Shown here piece after piece: positions 52,429 through 61,394 of a stretch of DNA of 64,000 nt. Numbering within the stretch: the first letter of the stretch is position 1; every line of letters begins with the position of its first letter. A program made the translations under genes and the position numbers. Where the stretch lies: assembly GCA_963728405.1 (NCBI GenBank), contig CAVSJV010000007.1:64001-128000 (forward strand), written 5' to 3'. The notes beneath the pieces are model-generated. The model made no database searches. It had not been told where the DNA came from and saw only the letters and a list, made by a program, of their open reading frames with translations. The DNA is from Methanomassiliicoccaceae archaeon. GTDB taxonomy: Archaea; Thermoplasmatota; Thermoplasmata; Methanomassiliicoccales; Methanomassiliicoccaceae.

Positions 52429-53703
52429 GTGAAGAACGAGATCATCATCGAACGCACGGCCGGGGGCATACCCGTCGTCGTGGAACGCCTTCCTTACGCT
52501 CACTGTGCTTCTTTCTCGGTATACATCGGTGCGGGATCCCGGGATGAGGTGAACGACCAGGCGGGCATAGCTCATATGCTTGAACACATGCTGTTCAAGG
52601 GCACCCAGAACCGCACCGCCAAGCAGATGTCGGAGGAGATCGAGGCGGCCGGCGGGGAGCAGAACGGCTACACTACGAAGGAGGTCACCAGTTACCAAGC
52701 ATACGCTCTCGATGAGACGGGGGAGGTGGCGGAGGACATCCTGGCGGACATGGTCCTGCATCCGCGCCTGGAAAAGGGGTGCCTGAAGACGGAGAAGAAC
52801 GTGGTCGTGCAGGAGATCCGCATGATGGAGAACGATCCCGAGGATTTCATTCATGTGTTGTTCACCGAGACCATGTGGGGCACGCATGCCATGGGCCGTT
52901 CGGAAGCCGGATCGGTAGGGACGGTCGAGTCGCTTACCGACCAGGATGTCCGCTCGTTCTTCGAATCCCATTATCGCCCGCCCCGCATGGCCGTGGTCGT
53001 TACCGGTAATGTCAAGCTTGCTCAGGTCATGGACTGGGCGTCCAGGAGCTTCGATCCCCTGGAGCCGGCCAAGAACGAAAGGCCGCGCGAGGCGCCCGTT
53101 CCGATCGCGCAGTTCAAGGTGTACCCCCGGGATGATAAGCAGGCCTACGTGGGCATGGGCTTCCCGGGTCTGAGCTCGGTCCACCCGGACCGTTTCGCCC
53201 AGCGGCTGATGACCACGGTCATGGGCATGGGCACATCGTCGCGTTTGTTCCAGGAGATCAGGGAGCGCACCGGACTGGTCTATGAGATCTTTGCGTCGTC
53301 GTCGAGTTACACCGATTGCGGAGCCATCAGCATCTTCTTCAACACCTCGGTCAAGGACCAGGAGAAGGTCGTCAGGCTGGTGGCGAAGGAGATCGATCGC
53401 CTAAAGACCGAGGGCCTGGACAAGGAGGAGCTGAAGCGTGCCAAGCACCTTCTAAAAGGCATCTACGTTCGAAGGTTGGAGAGCACCGAGACCCGGATGA
53501 TCCGTCTCGGCGAGATGTTCATGGCGACCGGCGAGGCACTGACGGCCGAGGAAACGCTTCGACGGATGGACGCGGTTACCGAGGAAATGGTCTTGAGGTC
53601 GGCCCAGGAGCTGATGACCAGAGACACACTGACCATTGCTATGCACGCCCCAGGAAAGGAGAGCGAGGCCGCGGTCAAAAGCCTTAATGACCTAGACTTC
53701 TAG
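52429..53703 (+). CDS. M16 (pitrilysin-family) zinc peptidase
   Basis: GSRDE...GIAHMLEHMLFKGT (HxxEH), SSRLFQEIRE. Confidence 0.93.
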   Translation: MKNEIIIERTAGGIPVVVERLPYAHCASFSVYIGAGSRDEVNDQAGIAHMLEHMLFKGTQNRTAKQMSEEIEAAGGEQNGYTTKEVTSYQAYALDETGEVAEDILADMVLHPRLEKGCLKTEKNVVVQEIRMMENDPEDFIHVLFTETMWGTHAMGRSEAGSVGTVESLTDQDVRSFFESHYRPPRMAVVVTGNVKLAQVMDWASRSFDPLEPAKNERPREAPVPIAQFKVYPRDDKQAYVGMGFPGLSSVHPDRFAQRLMTTVMGMGTSSRLFQEIRERTGLVYEIFASSSSYTDCGAISIFFNTSVKDQEKVVRLVAKEIDRLKTEGLDKEELKRAKHLLKGIYVRRLESTETRMIRLGEMFMATGEALTAEETLRRMDAVTEEMVLRSAQELMTRDTLTIAMHAPGKESEAAVKSLNDLDF

Positions 53704-54164
53704 GTCTGGGCGATCAGTTCGAGCACCGTTTTGACGGTGCCCTCGAGCGCCGCCTCGATCTCTGGAGTCATGGTCTCGCTTACGGTGAACACATCGTTCA
53801 CTTCGACCGCCACGAACATGATCCTCCGGGGGAACCGTTCCGGCTCCAGGGACCTGCCCAGTTCAATGGTGGTGGCGACGTTCGCTTCGTGCGGATTGAC
53901 GCCGTGAACCGTATCGCTGAACGCTTCCGGATCGAGCACCAGGATGGTCCCCGGCCTCTCCCCTGATTTGAGGATGGCATCGACGACGATGACTCGGTCG
54001 TAGTCCAGCATGATCTCTATGAGGTCCAGCCCGCTGGTGCAGGCCTCCTGGAGGTCCACGCCCTGGACGCCTCTCTTGGAGAGCTCCTGTAGTACCCTGA
54101 GCCCAATGGCATCATCGCACATGATGGGGCTCCCGATCCCAAGTATTAGCGTTCTGTCGCTCAT
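53700..54164 (-). CDS. Hydrogenase maturation protease
   Basis: LILGIGSPIMCDDAIG, VIVVDA, NPHE. Confidence 0.92.
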   Translation of the reverse strand: MSDRTLILGIGSPIMCDDAIGLRVLQELSKRGVQGVDLQEACTSGLDLIEIMLDYDRVIVVDAILKSGERPGTILVLDPEAFSDTVHGVNPHEANVATTIELGRSLEPERFPRRIMFVAVEVNDVFTVSETMTPEIEAALEGTVKTVLELIAQT

Positions 54165-54535
54165 TCATCCGAGCCAATATGAGGCGAATAAAAAGAGTTT
54201 TCGATTATGTCCCCCGGTCGTCCGTCACATTAGTAAGGCACCGTGGAATATCCAGAACGAATGGTTGCCAGATCTCCAACCTGGATTGGATGGGGGAAGC
54301 AAAATGTCCGGAGGGGCGGACAGGGCGTTGCCATCTGCCTTCGCTTTATGCCATTGATCTGCGATGAAGGCTGATCATCATATCGATCGGGACCTTCCAG
54401 AACTAACTTGTCTCACGTTCTGCCCGCTCTCCCCTGGCCTGCTGACCTCCCGTAGGAGTGGCGCGTGGCATCGATCCTTCGACCCAGCGGGCGGGGCAGG
54501 CTAATTATTATCTCCCCCGCCCATTCCGGAACAGC

Positions 54536-55360
54536 ATGCCCGAGCGTGAGCTTAAGCTGGAACCGGCGATGGTCCTGAAGGTCGAGGGAAGGACGTTGAC
54601 CGCCCGGCAGCTCGAGGTTCTTCGGGCGGTGCTCGAGGAAGGGAGCCAGAACCAGGCGGCCAGGAAGCTGGGCATCAGCACTCCGGTCCTGAACCGTTAT
54701 ATCGGTCAGATCGAGGCAAAGGTCGGCGCGACCCTGCACACAGCCACCCCGAGGGGGACAGTGCTCAATGGGGAGGGGGAGCGCATCGCGCGTGAGTACA
54801 TCGCACTCTGTCAGAGGATGCTCCCCACTGGGGGCACAGTGATCGGTGGTACCATTATCTCGGAAGAGCTGCTCCTGGGAGCGCTGAGCAAGATCGATCC
54901 CGAAGGAACCTGTGATCTGACCATCTCGGACGATGAGCGCAACTTGAGGGACTTTCAGGCCGGGCTCATGGACGTGGTAGTGCTGGACGACCCGCTCAAT
55001 ATGTTCGACCTCGAGGGAGTGATGTGGCAGGAGGTCGCCACGGACCGTTTGCTGCACGTGAACAATGGGCCTCGGTACGCCCGTTTCATGTATGGGGCCC
55101 AGAGGATAGGGTTCAGGCACCTGGCGAGCATGGGGGGCCAATATTCGATCGAGCGGACCTTTCGCTCTCTCGAGATGATGGTCGACTCCGGCCTGAGCTT
55201 CTTCGTCAACGAGTCCCTGGCCCTCCGGAAGGGGATGAGGATAAAGAGCGACACCGACCCCTCTAGGTTAGAGCACAAGCTCAATGCCGTATATCGCAAG
55301 GAGACCCCCCATGCAAGAAAAGTACTGGCCGAGCTGAAACGGTCCGGTCGAAGAGTATAA
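54536..55360 (+). CDS. LysR/ModE-type HTH transcriptional regulator
   Basis: RQLEVLRAVLEEGSQNQAARKLGISTPVLNRYIGQIE...GTVLNGEG. Confidence 0.8.
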   Translation: MPERELKLEPAMVLKVEGRTLTARQLEVLRAVLEEGSQNQAARKLGISTPVLNRYIGQIEAKVGATLHTATPRGTVLNGEGERIAREYIALCQRMLPTGGTVIGGTIISEELLLGALSKIDPEGTCDLTISDDERNLRDFQAGLMDVVVLDDPLNMFDLEGVMWQEVATDRLLHVNNGPRYARFMYGAQRIGFRHLASMGGQYSIERTFRSLEMMVDSGLSFFVNESLALRKGMRIKSDTDPSRLEHKLNAVYRKETPHARKVLAELKRSGRRV

Positions 55361-55384
55361 CCTATTTAGGTAAAGCAAGAACCG

Positions 55385-55405
55385 TTTTTGATATATGTTT
55401 ATATA
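55385..55405 (+). promoter_or_regulatory. Putative TATA box upstream of hdrCB
   Basis: TTTATATA about 35-40 nt before the hdrC start; SD-like AGGTGA at about 55428. Confidence 0.55.
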
Positions 55406-55438
55406 CGCCGGTAGCATGAACATGCCCAGGTGAATTAA

Positions 55439-55951
55439 TTGTCATCTCCCAAGGAACCAAGCGCTGAATTCGCCGATCAGGTTTCGAAGTCGTACGGAGG
55501 CGAGAGCTTGATGCTCTGCTTCCAGTGCGGCACCTGCACCGCCAGCTGCCCCTCCGGTCGCATGACCTCGTTCAGGACCAGGAAGCTCGTTCGCAAGGCC
55601 CAGCTCGGGTTGAAGGAGGAAGTCCTCAAGTCTCCCGACCTGTGGATGTGCACCACCTGTTACTCCTGCATGGAGCGCTGCCCCCGTGATGTACAGATTG
55701 TTGACATTATTACCGTCCTCAGGAACATGGCCATCAAGGAAGGCGTCATGTCCGATGAGCACAGAAAGGTTGGACAGTACCTGCTGGCCAATGGCGCCAC
55801 CGTACCTCTGAACGAGAAGTTCGAGGACCTGCGCCAGAAGCTCGGTCTGTCCCGCCGCCCGGTCACCACCCTGGGTGACAAGAAGGCCCTGGAGGACTTC
55901 CAGAAGATCCTGAAGGCCACTGGGTTCGACAAGCTGGTCGGAGGTGCTTAA
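55439..55951 (+). CDS. hdrC: CoB--CoM heterodisulfide reductase subunit C
   Basis: CFQCGTCTASCP and WMCTTCYSCMERCPR; adjacent to hdrB. Confidence 0.93.
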   Translation: MSSPKEPSAEFADQVSKSYGGESLMLCFQCGTCTASCPSGRMTSFRTRKLVRKAQLGLKEEVLKSPDLWMCTTCYSCMERCPRDVQIVDIITVLRNMAIKEGVMSDEHRKVGQYLLANGATVPLNEKFEDLRQKLGLSRRPVTTLGDKKALEDFQKILKATGFDKLVGGA

Positions 55952-55952
55952 G

Positions 55953-56804
55953 ATGGGCAAGAAGTATGCGTTGTTCCTCGGTTGCGTAGCTCCTGCCCGG
56001 TACCCCGGTATCGAGTCCGCCACCCGTGAGGTCTGCAAGACCCTAGGTGTGGAGCTCGTCGAGCTGGAGGGTGCCGGTTGCTGCCCCGCCCCCGGTGTGA
56101 TCAGGTCCTTCGAGCAGGACGCCTGGCTCGCTCTAGCTGCCAGAAATCTCGCCCTGGCTCAGAAGAAGGGCGTGGACATCCTGACCATCTGCAATGGTTG
56201 CTACGGCTCCCTATTCGACGCGGCCCATGTGCTGCACGAAAGCCCTGAGAAGCTTCGCCAGGTCAACAAGATCCTGCGCGAGGTCGGTCTGGAGTACAAT
56301 GGCGAGACCAAGGTTCACCACTTCGCTGAGCTATTCTACAAGGAGATCGGTGTGGACGCCATCAAGGCCCATGTGAAGGCTCCTTTGGACCTCAAGGTCG
56401 CCGTTCACTACGGCTGCCACTTCCTGAAGCCCAGCCACCTCAAGAACCTGGACGACCCAGAGCGCCCCAAGATCCTTGACGAGCTCGTGGAGGCCACCGG
56501 CGCCAAGAGCATCAATTACAAGGACAAGCAGATGTGCTGCGGTGCGGGCGGCGGTGTCCGTTCCGGGAACCCGGCCCTCGCGACCACGTTCACCGTGGAG
56601 AAGCTGAAGAACATAAAGGCCGCTGGAGCGAGCTACATTATCGATGTGTGCCCCTTCTGCCACCTACAGTTCGACAGGACCCAGAAGGATGTCAAGGGCT
56701 ACGATATACCAGTCATCCACCTGTCCCAGCTCTACGGCCTCGCCCTGGGCGTGCCCAAGGAGAAGCTCGGTCTGGACGCGCAAGAGATCCCGGCCAAGTT
56801 CTGA
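55953..56804 (+). CDS. hdrB: CoB--CoM heterodisulfide reductase subunit B
   Basis: FLGC...GCCPAPG, ICNGC, HYGCH, CCGAGGG, VCPFCHLQFD (two CCG domains). Confidence 0.96.
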   Translation: MGKKYALFLGCVAPARYPGIESATREVCKTLGVELVELEGAGCCPAPGVIRSFEQDAWLALAARNLALAQKKGVDILTICNGCYGSLFDAAHVLHESPEKLRQVNKILREVGLEYNGETKVHHFAELFYKEIGVDAIKAHVKAPLDLKVAVHYGCHFLKPSHLKNLDDPERPKILDELVEATGAKSINYKDKQMCCGAGGGVRSGNPALATTFTVEKLKNIKAAGASYIIDVCPFCHLQFDRTQKDVKGYDIPVIHLSQLYGLALGVPKEKLGLDAQEIPAKF

Positions 56805-57021
56805 GCGAAAAGAGGCTCACGCCTCCCCTTCAGTCCTTTATTTTTTCCTATATTTCTGCGTGCAATTAAATATCTGGCCGCGGTCTATTTGTCCAGGCAT
56901 ATGCTCTATAAATTGAGAAAAAGTTAACACCATACTACCAGTAAATCTTAACGGCCTTTAATTTTTCACCTATATAGAAAAGAACTTAGATATGAAGGGA
57001 CATATCTCACTTCAGATATAA

Positions 57022-57354
57022 ATGCCGACAAAAACCATAACTAAGGCCGCTAAGCCCGCCGCAAAGGGCAGGGTCAGCTCTGCCAGCGCTATGAAGGCCG
57101 CCCCCAAGAAGGCCGCCCCCAAGAAGGCCGCCGCGCCAAAGAAGACGGAAACCAAGGCTGTAGCCAAGAAGGTCGTTGCTCCGAAGAAGGCCGCCCCCAA
57201 GAAGGTAGCCCCCAAGAAGGCCGCCGCGCCAAAGAAGACGGAAACCAAGGCTGTAGCCAAGAAGGTCGTTGCTCCGAAGAAGGCCGCCCCCAAGAAGGTA
57301 GCCCCCAAGAAGGCCGCCGCGCCAAAGAAGCCTGCCGCCAAGCCCAAGAAGTAA
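57022..57354 (+). CDS. Histone H1-like Lys/Ala/Pro-rich basic protein
   Basis: 110 aa made almost entirely of APKK/KAA units; preceded by an AT-rich promoter-like region (TATATAG at about 56970). Confidence 0.75.
   Translation: MPTKTITKAAKPAAKGRVSSASAMKAAPKKAAPKKAAAPKKTETKAVAKKVVAPKKAAPKKVAPKKAAAPKKTETKAVAKKVVAPKKAAPKKVAPKKAAAPKKPAAKPKK
57115..57330 (+). repeat. Perfect 93-bp tandem repeat (about 2.3 copies) inside the H1-like gene
   Basis: Units begin at 57115, 57208 and 57301; each encodes APKKAAAPKKTETKAVAKKVVAPKKAAPKKV. Confidence 0.9.
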
Positions 57355-57568
57355 GCGCTCGACGGTTGACCGAACAAACCCCGAACCAACGATCAAGTCG
57401 CTAGGTCATGAAGGGTCAACTACAAATTTTGAATGAACAGGCTGGGCTGTCAGCCCTAGCGGCACAAAGATTTTTATATAAGTGGTCCCTTCGACCATTA
57501 TCCCGTTCACCCGAGCCTGACGACCCGGAGCACCGCTCTTGGCCGCGGCCCGATCACGGAGGATTACT

Positions 57569-58312
57569 ATGGCTGTAAAGAAGGCGAAGACGGCAGCGAG
57601 AAAGGTCAAGGACAAGTGGAAGGCAAAGGAGTGGTACAAGCTCTATGCTCCGAGGATGTTCAACCAAGTTGAGCTAGGAGAGACCCCGAGCTCCGAATCC
57701 ACAGCTCTGATGGGCAGGAACACCGAGGTCACCGTTCACGAATTGACCGGCGACTTCTCCAAGATGCACATCAAGATCCGCTTCCAGGTCACCGACATCC
57801 GCGGCCTCGACGCTCACACCGCCTTCATCGGTCACGATCTAACCAGCGATTATGTTCGCAGGCTGACCCGCAGAAAGAGGACCAAGACCGACCACGTGGT
57901 GGATGTTCGCACCAAGGACGGTTTCCTTATCCGCATAAAGCCGATGAGCATAACTGAGCAGAGGATCCAGGCCGCCCAGGAAACGGCCATCAGGAACATC
58001 ATGACCGCGACCCTTAACGACCTGGCCTCGAACATGACCGTCTCCGAACTGGTCAAGTCCATCATCACCGGGGATTTGTCCAAGGAGCTCGGTTCCGCAG
58101 CCAAGATCATCATCCCCATCAAGCGGATCGAGGTTCGCAAGAGCGAGGTCCTGGAGGTCGGAACAGCTTCGGGCGAGGAGCCGAGCATACAGGAGAGGTT
58201 CGGCCAGGAAGCCGCTGCCCAGGCAGCTGCCCAGGCGGCCGCAGCCCCCCCGGCCCCCGCCGAGGAGGCCTCTGAGGAAGAGGCCGTCGAGGAGACCGAG
58301 GAGCAGCAATAA
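57569..58312 (+). CDS. rps3ae: 30S ribosomal protein S3Ae (eS1)
   Basis: KDKWKAKEWYKLYAPRMF, ELTGDFSKMHIK, DYVRRLTRR, IIPIKRIEVRK. Confidence 0.96.
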   Translation: MAVKKAKTAARKVKDKWKAKEWYKLYAPRMFNQVELGETPSSESTALMGRNTEVTVHELTGDFSKMHIKIRFQVTDIRGLDAHTAFIGHDLTSDYVRRLTRRKRTKTDHVVDVRTKDGFLIRIKPMSITEQRIQAAQETAIRNIMTATLNDLASNMTVSELVKSIITGDLSKELGSAAKIIIPIKRIEVRKSEVLEVGTASGEEPSIQERFGQEAAAQAAAQAAAAPPAPAEEASEEEAVEETEEQQ

Positions 58313-58323
58313 CTCTGAACCGT

Positions 58324-58430
58324 GCCGGGGTGGCTCAGACTGGTAGAGCGACGGACTCATAAGGTCCTGGCCTTACGCCAGGGTCCGAGAGATCCGTAGG
58401 CCATGGGTTCAAATCCCATTCCCGGCACCA
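58324..58430 (+). tRNA. tRNA-Met(CAT), elongator type, with 30-nt intron (58362-58391) at position 37/38; CCA encoded
   Basis: GCCGGGGTGGCTCAGACTGGTAGAGCGACGGACTCATA[AGGTCCTGGCCTTACGCCAGGGTCCGAGAG]ATCCGTAGGCCATGGGTTCAAATCCCATTCCCGGCACCA; the intron contains the hairpin CCTGGC/GCCAGG. Confidence 0.92.
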
Positions 58431-58562
58431 ACTTCCTTTCATATCGGACGGGCTCCGTCCATCTTTTCATCCTTCTATTTAATTAAAGCCTATTTTTCGG
58501 TCTGGACGTTCAGCCGTATCCTTAAAGTAGATTGACTGCCGTAGGCAAAGGCCGGTGAAGGG

Positions 58563-59750
58563 TTGAGAATTATCATCTATACCGGGAAGGGTGGCGTGGG
58601 GAAGACCTCGGTCGCCGCCGCCACCGCCCTCAGGTCCGCTCGAATGGGTCACAAGACCATCTTGATGTCCACCGACGCGGCGCACTCGGTCTCCGACTCT
58701 CTCGAAGTGACGCTGTCCGGCCAGATAACCAAGGTCGAGGACAATCTCGACGCCATCGAGGTCGACATGCTTTACGAGCTGGAGACTCGTTGGAAGGAGA
58801 TCCAGAAGTACATATCTGATTTCCTGTTATCGCAGGGAATGGACGCGGTCTCCTCGAAGGAGATGGCCGTCCTGCCCGGGATGGAGCTCATGTCCGCGCT
58901 CTTCTACGTTGAGGACTTCTACAAGCGGAACGAGTATGACGTCATCGTGCTGGACACGGCCCCTACCGGGGAGACGATGCGGCTGCTGAGCTTCCCCGAG
59001 GTATCGGAATGGTACACTGATCGCCTCTACGGCATGTTCAAGAACATGCTGCGGGTCGCCCGTCTCACCGTCGGAAAGATGATGAGCACCCCCCTGCCGT
59101 CCGAGGAACTGCTGAAGGACATCGAGATATTGGGGGAGCGGATGAAGGCGGTGCAGAAGATCCTGCAGGACCCCGATATCACATCCATCCGTCTGGTGGT
59201 GAATCCCGAGAAGATGGTCATCAACGAGACCAAGAGGGCCTTCACCTACCTGTGTCTGTACAACCTGACCGTCGAATGCCTGGTCGTGAACCGGGTGATA
59301 CGTGAGGATAGCGGTTGCTACTTCGAAGAGAAACTGGGGGAGCAGGAGAAGTACATGCAGATCATCAACGAGTCGTTCAGCCCGTTGAAGATCCTGAAGG
59401 CGTACCAACTGCCCGTGGAGCTGGTCGGGCTGAATTCCCTGGAGAAGCTTGGGGACATGGTGTTCGGAGAGATCGACCCCATCACTCATTTCTCCACCGA
59501 AAAGCCGATGGACATCTATTCTAAGGATGGCATGGACATAATAGCTTTGAAGCTTCCGTTCGCTATGAAGGAAAGCGTCAACCTATATAAGTCGGCCGAC
59601 AGCTTGCTGGTAGAGGTTGGCCAATATCGCCGGTCGATCTCCTTGCCAACCACTTTCGCCAAGAAGGAGCCCGATAAGGCGGAGTTCAAGGAGGGGCACC
59701 TGCTCATTATGTTCAAGGGTGATGAGAATGGAAGGGGAAAGAAAAACTGA
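58563..59750 (+). CDS. ArsA/Get3-family ATPase with C-terminal HSP20-like domain
   Basis: GKGGVGKTS, STDAAHS, LPGMEL, LDTAPTGETMRLL, LVVNPEKMVI; C-term LLVEVGQYRRSISLP...AEFKEGHLLIMF. Confidence 0.9.
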   Translation: MRIIIYTGKGGVGKTSVAAATALRSARMGHKTILMSTDAAHSVSDSLEVTLSGQITKVEDNLDAIEVDMLYELETRWKEIQKYISDFLLSQGMDAVSSKEMAVLPGMELMSALFYVEDFYKRNEYDVIVLDTAPTGETMRLLSFPEVSEWYTDRLYGMFKNMLRVARLTVGKMMSTPLPSEELLKDIEILGERMKAVQKILQDPDITSIRLVVNPEKMVINETKRAFTYLCLYNLTVECLVVNRVIREDSGCYFEEKLGEQEKYMQIINESFSPLKILKAYQLPVELVGLNSLEKLGDMVFGEIDPITHFSTEKPMDIYSKDGMDIIALKLPFAMKESVNLYKSADSLLVEVGQYRRSISLPTTFAKKEPDKAEFKEGHLLIMFKGDENGRGKKN

Positions 59751-60069
59751 AGGCCGTGGGTGCGAGGACGAGGCCGCCCGCAAGCGACGGATCAAGGCGG
59801 ATGCGGAGAAGATGTCCGATGCGGTCTTCTCCAAAGAAACGCGCGATCATCTGGTCAGGGCGAGCACGGAGGTCATCCTGGCCGTCGATTCGATGATCCC
59901 TCGGGACAAGATACCGGAAGATGTCAAGCAACACTACCTGGCCGCCAAGCGCGAGACCATGCTGCTCATCCGATCGGTCCTGGATGCCCAGATCACCATG
60001 GTGCAGGACCTGGAGAGCGATAAAGCAGCTCCGCCAGAACCGGGACTGAAGAAGATCGACCTTCAATGA
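59728..60069 (+). CDS. Small helical hypothetical protein coupled to the ArsA/Get3 gene
   Basis: Overlaps the ArsA stop; GGTGA SD before ATG 59728; internal repeat HLVRASTEVILAV / HYLAAKRETMLLI; ends KKIDLQ. Confidence 0.7.
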   Translation: MEGERKTEGRGCEDEAARKRRIKADAEKMSDAVFSKETRDHLVRASTEVILAVDSMIPRDKIPEDVKQHYLAAKRETMLLIRSVLDAQITMVQDLESDKAAPPEPGLKKIDLQ

Positions 60070-60070
60070 A

Positions 60071-60661
60071 CTAGGTGATGGGGTCGCGAACGAAGATCTC
60101 CCGGCACTCCGCGCATAGCAACGGTCCCTGGCCCGAGGCTCCGCCGGTCTGCCTCAGATCGTAGGAGTAGTTCTCACAATTCTCACAGTAACCCTGCAGG
60201 GAGATGGGCTCCTTCTCATCGGTCACCGGCGCGTTGATGCTCTTCCATTCCCTGGTTATCTCGATCAATGAGGGCGATAGCCTGGTGATATCGTTCTCGG
60301 TGAGCATGCCGACGAGCTGCTCTCCCACCACCACCGGCAGGCGGCGAAGGCGCAGCTGGGCCATCTTGCGGCCGGCGGTGGCGACGCTCTCTTTCGGCCC
60401 CACCGTCACGAGGGGCGAGGACATGATGTCGCGGGCCTTGACCTGGCTCGGACGCCTGTCCTCGGCCACGAGCTTCTCCACGAAATCCTTCTCGGTGACG
60501 ATGCCGAGCGGCAAGCCGTCCTCGATGATGATGACGCTGCCGACCTTCCAGGACCGCATGAGGGTCGCGAGGTCCTTCGCCGTAAGGTCCGGACTCCCGA
60601 TGACCGGGACCTTGGTCATGATGTCCTCGACATAGATGTCCCGCGCTCGTTCCATGGCCAT
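60071..60661 (-). CDS. CBS-pair protein with C-terminal Zn ribbon
   Basis: VEDIMT...GIVTEKD...ARDIMSSP...RRLPVV...GMLTEND; CENC...CAEC. Confidence 0.88.
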   Translation of the reverse strand: MAMERARDIYVEDIMTKVPVIGSPDLTAKDLATLMRSWKVGSVIIIEDGLPLGIVTEKDFVEKLVAEDRRPSQVKARDIMSSPLVTVGPKESVATAGRKMAQLRLRRLPVVVGEQLVGMLTENDITRLSPSLIEITREWKSINAPVTDEKEPISLQGYCENCENYSYDLRQTGGASGQGPLLCAECREIFVRDPIT

Positions 60662-60779
60662 GCTTATCGATTGAGTGCTCACGGTAGAAATAGATTGTTC
60701 GCCGACGGACGAGGAGGAAAAGGCCAGGGGGCCGGCAAAAGAACGATAAACCGTCAATGGCATCTGTAAGGGCTGAGGT

Positions 60780-61394
60780 ATGAAAATGCGCGACGGCGAG
60801 GGCGAGCTGGCGGTCAGGATCGCCAGGCAATCGGTGGAAGCAGAGGTCAGGGGAGCGACCAAGGGGCATGTGGACGCCCCGGAGAGCTTCAATGAGAAAA
60901 GGGGTGTGTTCGTCACCCTGAGCAACTATCCAGGCCATCTGCTGAGGGGCTGTATAGGGTTCCCGGAGCCGATTTTCTCGCTGGCGAGCGCGCTGATCCA
61001 GGCGGGGCATCATGCCTGTCATGATCCCCGGTTCGACGACCTGCAGGTCGACGAGCTGGACCACATCACCATTGAGGTGACCATCCTTACTCCCCCGGAG
61101 GAGATCAGTGTCACCGACCGTAAATCGCTCCCGCAGATGATCGAGGTCGGCAAGGACGGTCTCATCGCCGAGTTCGGCCCCTATCGCGGCCTCCTGCTGC
61201 CGCAGGTGCCGGTAGAATGGAACTGGGACGCCGAAGAGTTCTTGGGGCAGACGTGCATGAAGGCTGGAATGTCCCCGGACATGTGGCTGGACAAGCGGAC
61301 CAGGTTCTATAAGTTCGGGGGCGAGATATTCTCCGAGCAGACCCCCCGGGGAAGGATAGAGAGGAAGGACATCACCCATGGAGCTTGTCGTTGA
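60780..61394 (+). CDS. AMMECR1/TIGR00296 family protein
   Basis: RGVFVTL...LRGCIG...DPRF...GLLLPQVPVEWNW...CMKAG. Confidence 0.92.
   Translation: MKMRDGEGELAVRIARQSVEAEVRGATKGHVDAPESFNEKRGVFVTLSNYPGHLLRGCIGFPEPIFSLASALIQAGHHACHDPRFDDLQVDELDHITIEVTILTPPEEISVTDRKSLPQMIEVGKDGLIAEFGPYRGLLLPQVPVEWNWDAEEFLGQTCMKAGMSPDMWLDKRTRFYKFGGEIFSEQTPRGRIERKDITHGACR

Noticed and set aside
54440-54460. Minus-strand ACTCCTACGGGAGGTCAGCAG resembles a conserved bacterial 16S primer site
   Set aside because: About 20 nt with an extra base and no flanking rRNA similarity; treated as coincidence.
57115-57330. Repeats as a possible CRISPR array
   Set aside because: Contiguous in-frame coding repeats with no unique spacers; no cas genes or array seen anywhere in the window.
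58362-58391. tRNA-Met intron as a novelty
   Set aside because: Canonical 37/38 introns in archaeal elongator tRNA-Met are common.
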